From Octopus vulgaris (taxonomy: Eukaryota): DNA of 64,000 nt. The notes under the pieces are model-generated. The model did no database searches, had not been told where the DNA came from, and was given only the letters and a program-made list of their open reading frames with translations. The stretch lies in the NCBI GenBank assembly GCA_951406725.2, contig OX597831.1, positions 46,128,001-46,192,000 of the forward strand, written 5' to 3'. Below, one piece after another: positions 12,770 to 25,341 of this stretch; the first letter of the stretch is position 1, and each line of letters opens with the position of its first letter. The translations under genes were made by a program, and so were the position numbers.

Positions 12770-15690
12770 ATGAATTTTAATGGAGTAGTGTGAAACACGG
12801 CTCCTGTGGAAATTAAACGAAAGATTCTATATATAAAGAAAAGTTCTTATTGTTATATCTGTGCTGTTCTGCAAATACTAAGGTAAGCTCTTTCGTTCCA
12901 ACACTATACCAGATTAACCTCTTCCCTGCTAATCTCTCTTCAAGTATAACCGGTTGATAACAGCTTTCGGATGGTAGGCTCCACACATAGTCAACAGCTT
13001 TCTAGTTTTCCTGTCAAGCTCCTGCATTTTGCTTTTTGTCCAATTCACAATACCAGTTCCATATCTGATAACTGGCACTGGTCTTGAATGAATGGCATCA
13101 ATATTTCGTGAATTCATCTAGCGAGCGTTTAATCTCTTCCACACACTCCTAGATACTTATAACTACACTAAAATTCTAATTTTTAAAAGTATTATTTCGG
13201 TGTGTGCATCTAGGGTGATGATGCATGTGTCTGATAGTTTTGGTAAATGTAGCCTTAACGCATTTGTCAAGCACAAATTTCATTTTGATATCAACACTAA
13301 ATCGTTCTACTGTGTGTAAGTGTGCTAGCATTTGTTGATCGTTTTTTGAGAAGAGTTTCAAGCCACTCATATAAAGTAGATGATTAACTGTTTTTCCACT
13401 CACGTTGTAACCATACTTTCTTTCATTTAGGAGTTCACTCAGAGGAAAAATAGTGGTAAGCAGAATAACAAAGGAGGTAAGGAGACTCCTTGAAAGATTC
13501 CACGATTAATATTGAGCCTGCATTTATATTTGTAGAGACGGTGTTGAGAATTAATGTCGTTTTTCAGAGCTCCATGGCATGAGATACACAAACCCAGATT
13601 AATGGTGAAATTTTGAACATCTCAAAGCGTCATTTTTATTTAGCTGTGAGGAAGACTATCAAAAGTCTTTTGTACTCTATCCGCGCCACTGAGAGATGTC
13701 TTTACCTGATATGATGTTTTTTCACGTGTGAAATACAAGATTTTCTGGTTACTAGTGAAATTTTGAACAACTCCAGGCATTTATTTATAAAGCTGTGAAG
13801 AGGACGATAAAAGGCTGTCTTGTAGTCTATCCAGCCTACTGAGAGATGTTTTCCTGTTGTGACAATGTTCAAAAATCATTCTGTGTTTTTTTTGTTCATC
13901 AGGGAAGATGTTGTTAATGAGAAAATTATATGTATGTTTATTAAGAGAGATATAAGAGCATTGTACATTGTTGTAAGTCATGTTATAGGACTGTAGTAGT
14001 TAGGGGTTTTTGTTTCATTTTTTTAGAGAGAAAGATCATACCATTGGCCAGCCATTGTGGTGTCGTCTGCGATTCTTTCATAATTGCGTTGTAGCAACAA
14101 GTCAGTTTCTTGTGTGAGTTTGTAAACATCATGAAATAATAGTTTGGGATCTTATCCATAGCAGATGACTTTTTAAATGCGAGTCTGACATCTAGTATAG
14201 TTATCTCTTACCATATTTACTCTTCAATAAGCTCAGTGTCTTCTTTTTGTCTATTAATCCATAGGATGTCATAGTTGTGCTACTTTTCATCTACAAAATT
14301 TTCTTCTAGAATTCCAGTATTTCATGCTGTGAGTGGACTTCTATTTTGATGGTGCTTTTTCCAATATGCCAGTAGAACATCTTTGGATTATTAGGAAACA
14401 TGCTGTTATCTTTGAAGAAACTGGACTGTTTTCGATGTGGCCTATATGCGTGGTTTCGCCTTCACTTTTTGATTTATCTTATTCACCACTCCACCAGATT
14501 GGTGTTCTAACTTTAATTCGAACTTTTACACTATCTTTCTCTTCTTAGAAAGTTTTATATTTTGATTGTTGCTTAGGTTTTTCTGTTTCTATATTAGCTC
14601 AGAGACCATTGATTTGATTTGTGATCATTATTTTCTTGCCTGTTGGTCTTTCATAAGGTTTTGTCACTCTCTTTTCAGTTTTACGTCTTACATTTTGGTG
14701 TAGATTATAGCAGCAGTATAGTGTACATCATTCAACGATATGCTGTTTATGTTGGATTTGAGGGCTGTTTTCACCTGGCAGATTATTTTGCATTTTTAGT
14801 TTTTACTATTGTGAATCTTCGGAAGGTCACTGCGTTTCTTCATGTCTACAGTTTTGGATTTTGATCCATTCATCGATCATTTCTTCTTCGAGCTCTTTCG
14901 GGTCCATTGCCTATATTATATACTTTCTCTAAATTGTTGATAGTCTATTTAGTATGTTCATTTGCAATGACATGATCAGAGAGAGTATTAAGGTTGTATC
15001 TGGTTGTATGTCGTGTCGTTTATATCTTCCTGCGAAAATAGTTCTTCTATGACTGACATAGTTTTTATCTGTTGATTTGGGAGCTGTAATCGCTGGGTTC
15101 GTTCTTTAGATCTGATTTATACATTTTCTTTTATCGGTTGACGTCGGTTAACAATTTCTGTTTACAATATTTCTTCGCTTGTTGCTGTCTATGTTCCGTC
15201 TTGTGTTAGGATTCTTTTCCATTTAGATTTTTGTTGTTTAGTGCTTGTTCAGAGTTTGAGACGTCCGTTGATTGATACGTGACAGTGTAGCAAGCCCCAA
15301 TAGCCTGTTTATCATCTTCTCTGGACCATTTCTCTCTTTTGATTTCATTGGTGCTTGTAGGTTTTGGGTTTGGAGGGCTTTGAGAAAGACTTGTTCTATT
15401 GTAGGAGACTTTCAGTCTCATATTGCTGGGAAGGTTTGAACGAGTTGCAAAATTTTTCGTGCTCTGACTAGATCTTGTTCACCTGGGCGACGATTGATCC
15501 GATATAGATGGTGCCTCGTTGTGTTGTGGCCATTAAAACAACATTGGGATTAGGAGACGAGTCTGTTTGTTTCAGTTAACTTTTGGACAGAACACCGCTT
15601 CCGAGTCCTTTGAATGGATGTGTTTCTCATATCGTAATCGCAAGAGTCTTACAGAGCGAATTTTGGTTGACATAACTCCAGGCATGACAG
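12770..15690 (-). mobile_element. Long degenerate R4/Dong-type LINE
   Basis: Peptides REKWSREDDK (N-terminal), IFPDEQK, WIDYK, VNHLLYM.GLKLFSKND..FSVDIKMKFVLDKC, ELDRKTRKLLTM.GAYHPKA.INRLYLKR. Many stops and frameshifts. Confidence 0.85.
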
Positions 15691-15811
15691 ATTAGTGGTG
15701 ATTTAAACTAAAGGATTATTTGCTTCTTATTTGTGTGTTGCTGCTAAGTCGCTTTGTTTTTGTCTTGTTCTACTTCGCTTGCGACACGTGTTTTGTGTGT
15801 ACATGTGTGTA

Positions 15812-15938
<127 letters not shown>

Positions 15939-16094
15939 ACATTATGTAGTTTATAAATATCAATATGTACAAGTATGCATAAACAATTGGATCGATATAT
16001 AATTCATAAATTTTTCGATCCAACTGTGTATATATGCATATAACGGTTTTTGCATATCTATTATTATTATTATTGTAATTATTATTATTATTAT

Positions 16095-17070
16095 TGTCAG
16101 CTGTTCTTATCTTTCGAGAAACTTTGGGAGTATTCGAGCGGTTTCAAGCAGTGCTGTTTTCTACAAGTGCTCCACCCTTATTGCAGCCCCTATTTATTCC
16201 ATGTACTTCTCGAGATTTTTACCCACTGTTCCCAGGGCTCGGACAATTATTGGTACTACAACCACCTTTTTCATCGACCATAACTGCTTTACCTCCCAAG
16301 CCAACCTGTTATACCCATCGACTTTTCTTTCTTCCTTATCGCATACCATGTTGTCAGCTGGGCATTCTATATCTATGATCCAGCATAGTTTACTTTCTTT
16401 CTCAATTAAGACTATGTCTGGCTTCCTATTTTCTACCTCATGGTCGCACTGAATCAGAAAATCACATAGGAGCTTTGCATTATCATTTTCGATGAAGTCT
16501 TTGTGTTTGTGGTCGTACCATTTTTTTTCCTCTGTCAAGACCATACTTGTTGAAAAGCGTCCAATGGACAATCCTTGCTATATTGTCGAGGCGTCTCTTA
16601 TATTCCTTTTGTGCTAGTGGCGTACATTGGTTGGTAGACAACACTTTCCTATGTGTTGTCTACTCTGTATTTTATGTAGTTTGTTCTTAGTGTTTGCTCT
16701 TGTGCATCACAGATTAGAGCCTCCGTTTTCGGTTTCAAATCACTTTTAGTCATCCACAGCCATCTTTTTTCTCTGTCTGTCTTAGCTTCAGCGTCCCTAT
16801 GCAATTGTCCATATACGGCCAAAGAATGAAGGGTTACCACCAGAATAGGTTATTCACAATACACCAGAAGAGATTCTATAAAGAAATAAATGGAGAGTGT
16901 ATAGATGAAAAGTTGATACTAGATAACAATAAAAATCAAAGGTTTTGGAGTGACATCTGGGGCAAAGACAAGGAGCACAAGAGGGATGCTGAATGGTTGC
17001 AAGAACTTAAACGAACAGGCTGAACTAGTCATTTCAGTTAGGGAAGTGAAGGAAATCATAAAAAAAAAAA
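16095..17070 (-). mobile_element. R4/Dong-type LINE fragment with an inverted 5' segment
   Basis: 16095-~16815 (minus) encodes LKPKTEALICDAQEQTLRTNY and RKPDIVLIEK..IIDI..IIVRALG (RLE). ~16812-17070 (plus) encodes the pre-RT region QNRLF..QKRFYKEI..FWSDIW..AEWL. Confidence 0.8.
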
Positions 17071-17072
17071 TC

Positions 17073-17073
17073 G

Positions 17074-17132
<59 letters not shown>

Positions 17133-17133
17133 G

Positions 17134-17168
<35 letters not shown>

Positions 17169-17189
17169 GTTTTTGTTGTTGTTGTAGTA

Positions 17190-17232
<43 letters not shown>
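17073..17232. repeat. (TAC)n-(GTT)n-(TAA)n compound microsatellite
   Basis: Seen directly. Confidence 0.95.
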
Positions 17233-17233
<1 letters not shown>

Positions 17234-17505
17234 TTATTCTTTTTATTGGCCACAAGTGCTGACACACATGATTAGTAAACATTAAGGGACAAAACAGGAC
17301 GAAAGGTTACAAATGGTTTTGTCCGTTTGTGAAAAATCCGAGTAAAAACAGTTCAACAACGAAAGATTATAAGAATGAAAATCTCCGAAAAGGGGGAGGC
17401 GTTACGAAAGGTTCCTGGTGGAAAAAACCCATAAAAGCCAACGGGAGCCTGGTCAAAAAAGTGGGGTAGAGAGCCCCCTTTCTCCTTTTATAAAACCTTT
17501 TTCAA

Positions 17506-20372
17506 TCACAGGCGAAACTTGAGAATTGGTCCATTTATACTGTCCATTCTCGCACAATTCACCCACCTTTCAGAAAACTTGCTATCGGACAGCTCTCTCC
17601 TCTCTAACCTCATCTTCTTTTTCAAGTGAAACTTGAAAAAGTTGATGAGGCCTTGACCAAAGAGGAAAGTGTCTGACTTTAGCCCTTTCAAACGGGTCCA
17701 CCATACAACCTCTTTCGTCACAGCCACTAGGCACAGGAAAACGGCTTCGCCCTCCTTGTTAAAGGAGGTCGGCGGGGCAATCTTCACTATGGATTCGGCT
17801 GATAGCCGGATCCGTCCTATACGTAACAGTAGCTGTTCGTTGACAGCAGATGGATCGTTGACAGCGGTCGTTGACAGCAGATGGATCGCCTGACCAGTGG
17901 CACCTGACCCTTCCACAAAAAGTCGAAGAGCAGGCGTACCAGCTTGGCCAACCAGCGGTCGGGACAAGGGACGACGGTTAAGCGGTAATAGATGACGGAT
18001 GCGATGTACGCATTCGCCACCTCCGCTCGACCTTTCAGGGACAGCTTCTTCTCGGCCCATTTCTGGGTGAGACGTGCCACCCTGCTCGTCACCTCTTCCC
18101 AGTTTTTATCCACCTGGAGGTCCGGACCGAACCAGACCCCGAGCAGTTTAACGGGTCCGTCTGTCCAGCGCCCTACGACGCTGTTGGACGGCATGGGCTT
18201 GCCTCTTCAGGTGCCCAGTTGCAAGCCCACAGACTTTTCCGCGTTAATCTTTGCCCCTGTCACCGCTTCGTACTCGTTTAGTGTCTCGCCAATCAGGCCA
18301 ATGTGCCTGTGGCTCGACACCATCACGGTGACGTCGTCGGCATAGGCAGACACGCTGTTTCCGCCTCCTAGATCGCGCGGGATACCCCTCAAAGCCTCTA
18401 ACTTGCGCAGTAATGGCTCGAGAGTCAATATGTACAAGAGGGAGGAGAGAGGGCATCCTTGGCGGACCGAGTGCGAGATGTCAAACGGTTCCGAAAGGTG
18501 ACCGTTCACCCGTATCACTGAGCAGATGTTGCTGTATAAAGCAGCGATCCATCCGCGGAAGACTGGACCGAAGCCGGCTGCCTTGAGAACAGCTGCCAGG
18601 TACCGATGGTCGACCCTATCGAAGGCTTTACTCTGATCTAAGTTGATCGAAGCCCCACCCGCGCCAGCGTCGTTACCCACCCTCTCTATGATGTAGCGCA
18701 TGAGATGGAGGTTGTCGTGTATCGACCTGGTCGGCACGGCGCATGTCTGCGTCTTCCCAACCAGCTTGTCCACGACAAGCGCCAATCTCTTGGCTAGCAC
18801 CTTGGCCAAAATCTTCAACTCTGCATTGAGCAGAGTGATGGGCCGAAAATTCCCTATAACGTCCCCCTTGTTTGGGTCCTTTTTTAGCAAAGCCACCACC
18901 CCTCGACAGACAAAAGCAGGAATTCTCCCGTTTTGCTGCCAGTTGCAGTAGACGTTTGCCAACAGGCCCGCAAACAAGTCTGGCATTGAAGTGTAAAGTT
19001 GATAGGGCAGACCATCCAAACCCGGCGATCTACCTCTCGTGCAACTCTTCATCGCTTCCTCCACTTCCCAGGCAGATATCGGTCCTTCGCAGCACTCTGC
19101 ATCGCTGTTCGAGAGCCGTGGTAGGCCGTCCAGGTACACACTGAAGTCTGTACCGTTGGTGTCCGTTCCACCGCTCGTCGTCCCAAACAGTTGAGCAAAG
19201 TGCCGCTGAAACACCGCACACATCTGCTTCGGTTCGGTAACCTCGCGCCCGAATGGTTGCTTTGTTGTCTCGCTTCGCCTCCGCCACGTGGGCCCATCGA
19301 GCGGCTCTAGCGAACGTGCCTTAGCTCTGACAACGCAGCCTTCGTGTTTGGCGTCAAAGTGTTGGTCGAGGGCCAACCTTGCCGCCAACACGTCGGTCGC
19401 GATGCCAGTCTCAAGAGCCTTGTCTAGTTTCTTAACTAAATCCCGCTCTCTCTTCCTACGTTCAATAGTTAGTGTCTTACTAAACCTAATCGACTCTACT
19501 CTAATTGCTCTCTTGAGGGCAAACCACCAGTTGTTGATGATTGCCACCGTGAACACCCGCTTAACTAGTAAACTAATCCGGTCTCTGTAAGCATTGCACG
19601 CCGTTAACGACGCGTTCAGCTTCCAGTAGCCGGGTCCCTGTCTATGTAGCCTATCTAAGTCGACCGTACAGATCACGAATTTGTGGTCCGTGTAGTCGAC
19701 TAGGTGGAATCGTGGACACCCTACGCTGTCCTTGTCCGCTGGCCTACAAAACACTCTATCTAAGTACGATCTAGACGACCCGATGCGATTGGTCCAAGTC
19801 CACATTGGCACATTCTGGTTGTCTAGTCGAAACCTGTCGGACAGCTGAAAGCGGCCGAGTAGGTTGGCGAGGCTCTTGCACCCTCCTCTCCTATCAGACG
19901 CTTCCCTGCCCACCCGATCGAAACGTTCGTCTAAGACAGCGTTCCAATCCCCAACTAGCACTAGTGTGCGTGACGTTCCCAGGAAAACTTCCAGACGTTT
20001 GAAATAATCCGACTGCCTTGCTCCTGTCGGAGCGTAGGCAGCCAGCAGTCTGAAAGCACCGCCGTCACTACCGTCTACGTTGAGGACCACCAACTTACCT
20101 TCCGGATCCAGGAAGACTGTCCTTATTTTCAAGTCCAGGCCCTTCCGAAACAACACCGCAGTACCACCACCGCCCGCTCCCGGCCGACACGGAGATAGAA
20201 AGATCTCGTATCCGCCGAAAAGGGGTGCGTATTCCTGCGGGTCGGAGAGCCTGGTTTCACTGATGGCTGCTACATCCACATCATGAAACCTCAGGTCGTT
20301 TAACAGGTGACCCTGTTTCCAAGGTGACCCGAGGCCTCTCACATTCAAGCAACCGATTCTAAGTTCTGCCAT
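17506..20372 (-). pseudogene. LINE ORF2 (APE endonuclease + reverse transcriptase), disrupted
   Basis: APE motifs LNVRGL, ISET, GDWN, SYLDR, TDH. RT motifs SPGLDG, NFRPITLLN, LDQSKAFDRV, VRQGCPLS, AYADD. In-frame TGA at 18207-18209, after which the frame continues (RGKPMPSN...VKLLGVWFG). Deletion and frameshift near 17840-17890. Confidence 0.9.
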
Positions 20373-20414
20373 GTTTCAAAGGTGAGAAAAAAAAATAAAA
20401 GGAGAAAAAAGGCT

Positions 20415-22328
20415 CTACTTACTGTTGTTGGTGGTGGGGGTGGCTCCCTTGTGCTTTTGCACGGGTGCTTCCACGATATTTTTATAAAGTTTCTTTGAGA
20501 AACTTTTCCCTAACGATCCGACATCGTTAGGGAATATTTGTTTTATGTCTCTGTATGTTTTTGAGTCAATTTTGATTGTGAGAATGTGTTCTGGTGGTGT
20601 GTTGTGTGTTGGAATAATGAAATCTGTAATGTTTGTACTGGTGTTGTCTTTTAGGTATGCAACGAGTTTTTCATTTTTTGTGTTTATTGCTGTAATCGTG
20701 TCTGTGTACGTTGGTGTGTGGCAGTGGCAGTACTGGTGTCGAAAGTGTTGTTGTTGTGAGTGTGTGTTGTTGTTGTTGATGTTGGGAAGCACTATTTGTT
20801 CGTGCTTCCCCTGTGTGTCCTTTTGTTTTTTCCTCCTTTTCTTCTTTGGAGGCACTGTGTGCCATTCCCCTTTCTCGGTATCAGTGCTCGCACAATCCGA
20901 GCTGTCCTGATCCGGAAAGGAGATGGCTATCGGGTCCGCTTCATCAGCAGGGCGAAAGATTTTTATTGGTTCTGCTGGTAGCGGTGGTGTTGCTGTGTCT
21001 TTTGGTGATGGTGACGGTGTTGGTGTTTCGTCTTCTTGTTTTTTTGCTGGCGCTTTTCTTGGTGCTGGGGTTGGTGTTGGTTTGGTGGTTGTTGTTGGAG
21101 GTGGTGTCGTTCGTCGTGGTGGTGGTGATGGTGTTGGTGGTGTGGCAGTCTTTGGTGTATCTTGCTGTTGTTGTTTCTGTTGTTGTTGTTGCTGCTGCTG
21201 CTGCCTCTTGTTGTATGCCTCCATTCTTTGTTTGTGAATGGGGCAGTCCTTCTTAAGGTGGTTTTCGCTACTGCAGAGGTAACATTTTGGCTTTCGCTCC
21301 TCCACAGTAACGTGCAGACTGGTTCCGTCTGGTAAAATGACTGAGTCAGGTATGGCATTAATGTTTTCCTGCTGGATTTGTACCAGCAGTTGAACACCCA
21401 TACCTGACCAGTTCTTCTCTCTCACACTTTGTACATCTAGAATAGTGGCAGTGTCCTCTATGTCATAGAGGATAGCCGCCACCAGCCATGATATACTGAG
21501 TTCGGGGGGTACTATATCAATTTTAATTTTTTGCACTTTCCGCCCGAGGTATGATGGGATCAGAAAGAAATTTTCATTTTGCAAGGGCGAAATGGCATGC
21601 GCCCTTGCATCATCTTCCGTTGGGAAGCGAACCTCCACGGTCCCGTAGCGCTTCCCTCTTGTGACATAGCTCTTTTTGGCCCATATGGGTTTAAGAGCTA
21701 TTTCCAATTGTTGGGGTGTTGCATTTGTAACTTCTTTATTTTTCTTATCGAAAACTTTGTAAATAACAGTTTTTTTGTTTGTTTCGTTTATGAGTTGTTG
21801 AGGTGTATTGAGGAAAACACTGTTTCCCTCTTTTCTCAACAACTCTTTTGCAGATTTTATTTGGTCAATTGTAATTTGAATTTGCTCTGAGTTTTCCTTT
21901 GTGATGGAGACAAAATTGCTATGGTGGCTCGTTGTGTTGTTGCTGGTGGTGTTTTCGGTGATGCTGCTTGTTATTTTCTTTTCTACTCCTTCCGGTACTG
22001 TTGCACCAATGGAAGGAAGAGAAAGAAAATTTTGATCGACGTCAAAGGCGACGCCATCTTTGTTGCTTTTCTTTGCAACTGTCCTCTTTCCGTTCTTTTC
22101 CACTACTGGGACGCTTGTAGCGGGTAGAGGAGGAAAATCTTCGAAGACGTCAAAAGTGTCGCATTCGTTTTCATTTTCATTCTTTTTTGGAACGACATGT
22201 TCCATTGAAGAGTTTTCTTTGCCTTTTAAGGCACGAAATGGGCGGTTTGGAGCCGCTAATAAATTTTTTTCGGGTGGAGGGTGTGATGCTACAAGGAGAG
22301 AAGAACCAATTGCTCTTTTCAAAGACAT
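20415..22328 (-). CDS. LINE ORF1 (gag-like RNA-binding protein with CCHC zinc knuckle)
   Basis: Intact 637-aa ORF with CYLCSSENHLKKDC (CX2CX4HX4C), poly-Q and Pro/Thr-rich linker, basic KKKRRKK; ends 42 nt before the ORF2 ATG. Confidence 0.88.
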   Translation of the reverse strand: MSLKRAIGSSLLVASHPPPEKNLLAAPNRPFRALKGKENSSMEHVVPKKNENENECDTFDVFEDFPPLPATSVPVVEKNGKRTVAKKSNKDGVAFDVDQNFLSLPSIGATVPEGVEKKITSSITENTTSNNTTSHHSNFVSITKENSEQIQITIDQIKSAKELLRKEGNSVFLNTPQQLINETNKKTVIYKVFDKKNKEVTNATPQQLEIALKPIWAKKSYVTRGKRYGTVEVRFPTEDDARAHAISPLQNENFFLIPSYLGRKVQKIKIDIVPPELSISWLVAAILYDIEDTATILDVQSVREKNWSGMGVQLLVQIQQENINAIPDSVILPDGTSLHVTVEERKPKCYLCSSENHLKKDCPIHKQRMEAYNKRQQQQQQQQQKQQQQDTPKTATPPTPSPPPRRTTPPPTTTTKPTPTPAPRKAPAKKQEDETPTPSPSPKDTATPPLPAEPIKIFRPADEADPIAISFPDQDSSDCASTDTEKGEWHTVPPKKKRRKKQKDTQGKHEQIVLPNINNNNTHSQQQHFRHQYCHCHTPTYTDTITAINTKNEKLVAYLKDNTSTNITDFIIPTHNTPPEHILTIKIDSKTYRDIKQIFPNDVGSLGKSFSKKLYKNIVEAPVQKHKGATPTTNNSK

Positions 22329-22548
22329 TTTGGAAATTTGTAAGTGAAATAAAATGCAAATGTCAATATTTTAAACAGTGATTTTACCCCAATGAGGTAA
22401 AATTTTGCCTAGCCAACTAGCTCCGCAAGAAGTTAGTCGGATTGGCCACACAAATATCGAAAAATGTAAAAACTTTTAGAGAAATTTCCAATCAAATTGG
22501 CACAAAACTTACGGAGCTGCTTTACACACGTCCGTCGTCTCGGAAAGA

Positions 22549-22624
<76 letters not shown>

Positions 22625-22626
<2 letters not shown>

Positions 22627-22948
22627 GAAATGGAGAAACTCTCAAAATACAAAGACCTGGAAATAGAGGTAACTAGAATGTGGAATCTGAAAACAGAAAC
22701 AATTCCTATCATAGTAGGTGCATTAGGCGTGATAAAAAAATATTCAGACAAATACATAACAAAAACACCAGGACTTACAAACACATATAACATACAGAAA
22801 ATTGCACTACTAGGCACTGCACACATCCTACGCAGAACACTTTCCATACAATAACCATCAGAGCATCTCAACAAATCACAGCACATACCCAAGGCACACA
22901 GAGCTGCGCTCGGTAGTGAAGTGAAAGCACGCTATAAAAATAAAACTA

Positions 22949-22951
<3 letters not shown>
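22625..22951 (+). mobile_element. 5'-truncated R4/Dong-type LINE 3' end between two (AAT)n tracts
   Basis: Encodes EKLSKYKDLEIEVTRMWNLKTETIPIIVGALG...LGTAHILRRTLS* plus a ~100-nt 3' UTR. (AAT)n at 22549-22624 and 22952-23038. Confidence 0.88.
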
Positions 22952-23039
<88 letters not shown>

Positions 23040-23479
23040 TCAGTTAGAATTTTGTTCAGGTCGAGTAGCCAATCCCGCTCAAAATGTCCCTGAATTAGGT
23101 TTATTTAAGGATGACGAATGAAAAACCCATGCTTTCAGAGGTGAATTATTGAAACTCCAGAGAATTCTTCTCAACACATGATTATGATGCTCCACCATTA
23201 CTTCTGCTCGTGATCAGAGATGCACATAGCGTCAGCCACTAAATGACATGCTCAACTGGTTAAGGTCAAGCAACTGAAACGCTAATCTGTGGTATTGACC
23301 AGAATATATGCTGTCGTTCATGTGTTTAAAGAAGATATGGCAAGACATAATTTTTGTGGGCATGTCCATAGATTCGGGTATATCCGAGGTAATTTCCATT
23401 TTCAAACTCTAGCCCAGAGGCTCTCTACAATCCCACAAAGAAAGAATCTCCATAGGACAGAGAGTGACCTGAATAAAAA

Positions 23480-25090
23480 TCTCAGACATACCACCAGAAC
23501 TAGATTTTGGTGTGAGATGAAATGTGTGGTTTTAGAGCCTAGCACACGCCTAGAAGATATTATTTACTACACGGCTATAAACACAAGCAATAAAGAAATA
23601 ATGGACGACGTATACCAGCCTACAAATATTATTCAAGATAACTACATCACATCAACTAATAGCATTCCTTGGCACATAAAATTCAACCAGATATTCGAAC
23701 ATACATATAATATCCTAAAACGTAAATATCGAAATGAATATCAATGAAACTGGTAATGGAAACACAAAAGGCACACAGAAGAACAACATATTTTCAGTGC
23801 TTTCCTCGATGGTCTGCCTCGACACTCGTCAAGAGAGGCGGTGTGTTACGAAAAGCCAATAAAAACCACAGAAATATGAGAAGTGATGGCTAGTTGCTCG
23901 ACTGGCAAAACACTTGGTTTGGTTGGTCTGCCTAGGACTCTCAGAAAATACAAGACGGTGACAGGAGCAGAAATCACGCAGTAAAGGTCAGCGGATCTGC
24001 AATTCGCACCTGAAGAGGCAGTTCCATACCAATAGCGTCGTTGAATTGTGGACAAACGTACCGGTTAAATTGCTCGGGGTGACAAAAAGAAGAGACACTC
24101 TCATCCATGAACGGATCGAAAGAAATTTATCCATGAAAAGACGGGCATAGGTAGCGGACGCATACATCAACTGCGTCCTGCATTATCACTTGATCTTCAT
24201 ACCTTGCTCCTTCGCTAACTCCTTCGCTTTCTGTAGAATGGACATGTTGCACATGCAGGTACTCTATTTTAGTCAATACCCACTGAGCGCAGAACTGTGC
24301 ATGATGTGGCTGATGATGAACAGGCGTGCGTAATGGCTGCGACATCTCCAGGGTTTCCTTCATTGTGAGAAGATGAAGTAGCTGTTTGTGAGACTCACTT
24401 TTTTTTGCAGCTCGTCTCTGACTCTGCTACAGTCCTGGTTCAAGCGTAGACCGAGACAGAGCGCCTGGTACCCAGAGAGCCGTCAGGCGCTCACAGCTCT
24501 CTGTCAGTCGGACAGTGTGGTTGGTGGAAGTTCCGCTTTGAGGTTTTATAAAGGCGAACAAGAGCAACGACATTCTGGGCGAGACTCTGGGCTCCAATGT
24601 GGATCACTGGCTTTTTTGTTCCAGAGGACTTTACAATGGGGGACCCATGGATAATTTCCATAAATCTTTTACCTTGCAATGTTACTGGATGAAGGGCATT
24701 ACCATTCCGAGATAAACTCTACAAGCATGGAAGTGCCACGTAACCGGGCCTGGCCAAGATGCACGTCGAGAGGCGAAACTATTCTGCATGCATTTGTCCA
24801 GTGCCTGAGCATTGCTGACTCTTGGGTTTAAGTAGAACACTTGTTTCATGTAGGACGAATCCGGCTATCAACCAAGTCAATAGTGGGAATCGACGCACTA
24901 CCTTTCTTTGACAAAGAAGGGCAGTTAATTTTTCTCTTGCCTGTCTATGTGGCAAAAGAAGTGGCTTCTGTGGACGGGTATTTTCCCCTCAAGCCCAGAT
25001 AGAATCTTTACTTCAAAGTCTGTGGTCCCCGACGGGAAAGCCTGCGATGTTTGAAAAGTAGGTAGATAAAGTGCATTTAATAAAATAAAA
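23480..25090 (+). mobile_element. Internally deleted, degenerate Tx1-clade LINE
   Basis: ORF1-like patch YTAINTSNKE; ORF2 patches GKTLGLVGLP joined to TLRKYKTVTGAEI (RT core deleted), PVKLLGV, ALPFRDKLYKHG, ETILHAFVQC, GRIRLS..FDKEG. Equivalent copy at ~46100-47790. Confidence 0.75.
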
Positions 25091-25139
25091 GTGGTCTCGA
25101 GCCTTTTAAACATGCCAGAAGAAAGAATAATTAATATAC

Positions 25140-25250
25140 ATGTTTGTTCCTTCTCGAGCCATGCCTGGCTCATAGGGATCGGTTTTCCGATTTCCTTGGC
25201 GTATAGATTCCCCACCTGGACGGGACGCCGGTCCGTCGCAGGTGAGCTAC
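25140..25250 (-). mobile_element. SINE 3' remnant (complete copy in unit B at 47851-48139)
   Basis: Matches 47851-47960 and is then replaced by unit A-specific sequence. Confidence 0.7.
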
Positions 25251-25341
25251 AATTGACGGCTCTCTGGGTACTAGGCGCTGTCTCAGTCTACGCTTGAACC
25301 AGGACTGTAGCAGAGTCAGAGACGAGCTTAAAAAAAAAAGC

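Larger units (their letters stand above)
17233..22547 (-). mobile_element. Near full-length Tx1-clade (L1 group) LINE inserted in (TAA)n; unit A only
   Basis: Has a 5' UTR, ORF1, ORF2 and a 3' UTR ending AATAAAAAGAATAAA. (AAT)n lies on both sides. Absent at the equivalent unit B site (~45490). Confidence 0.9.
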
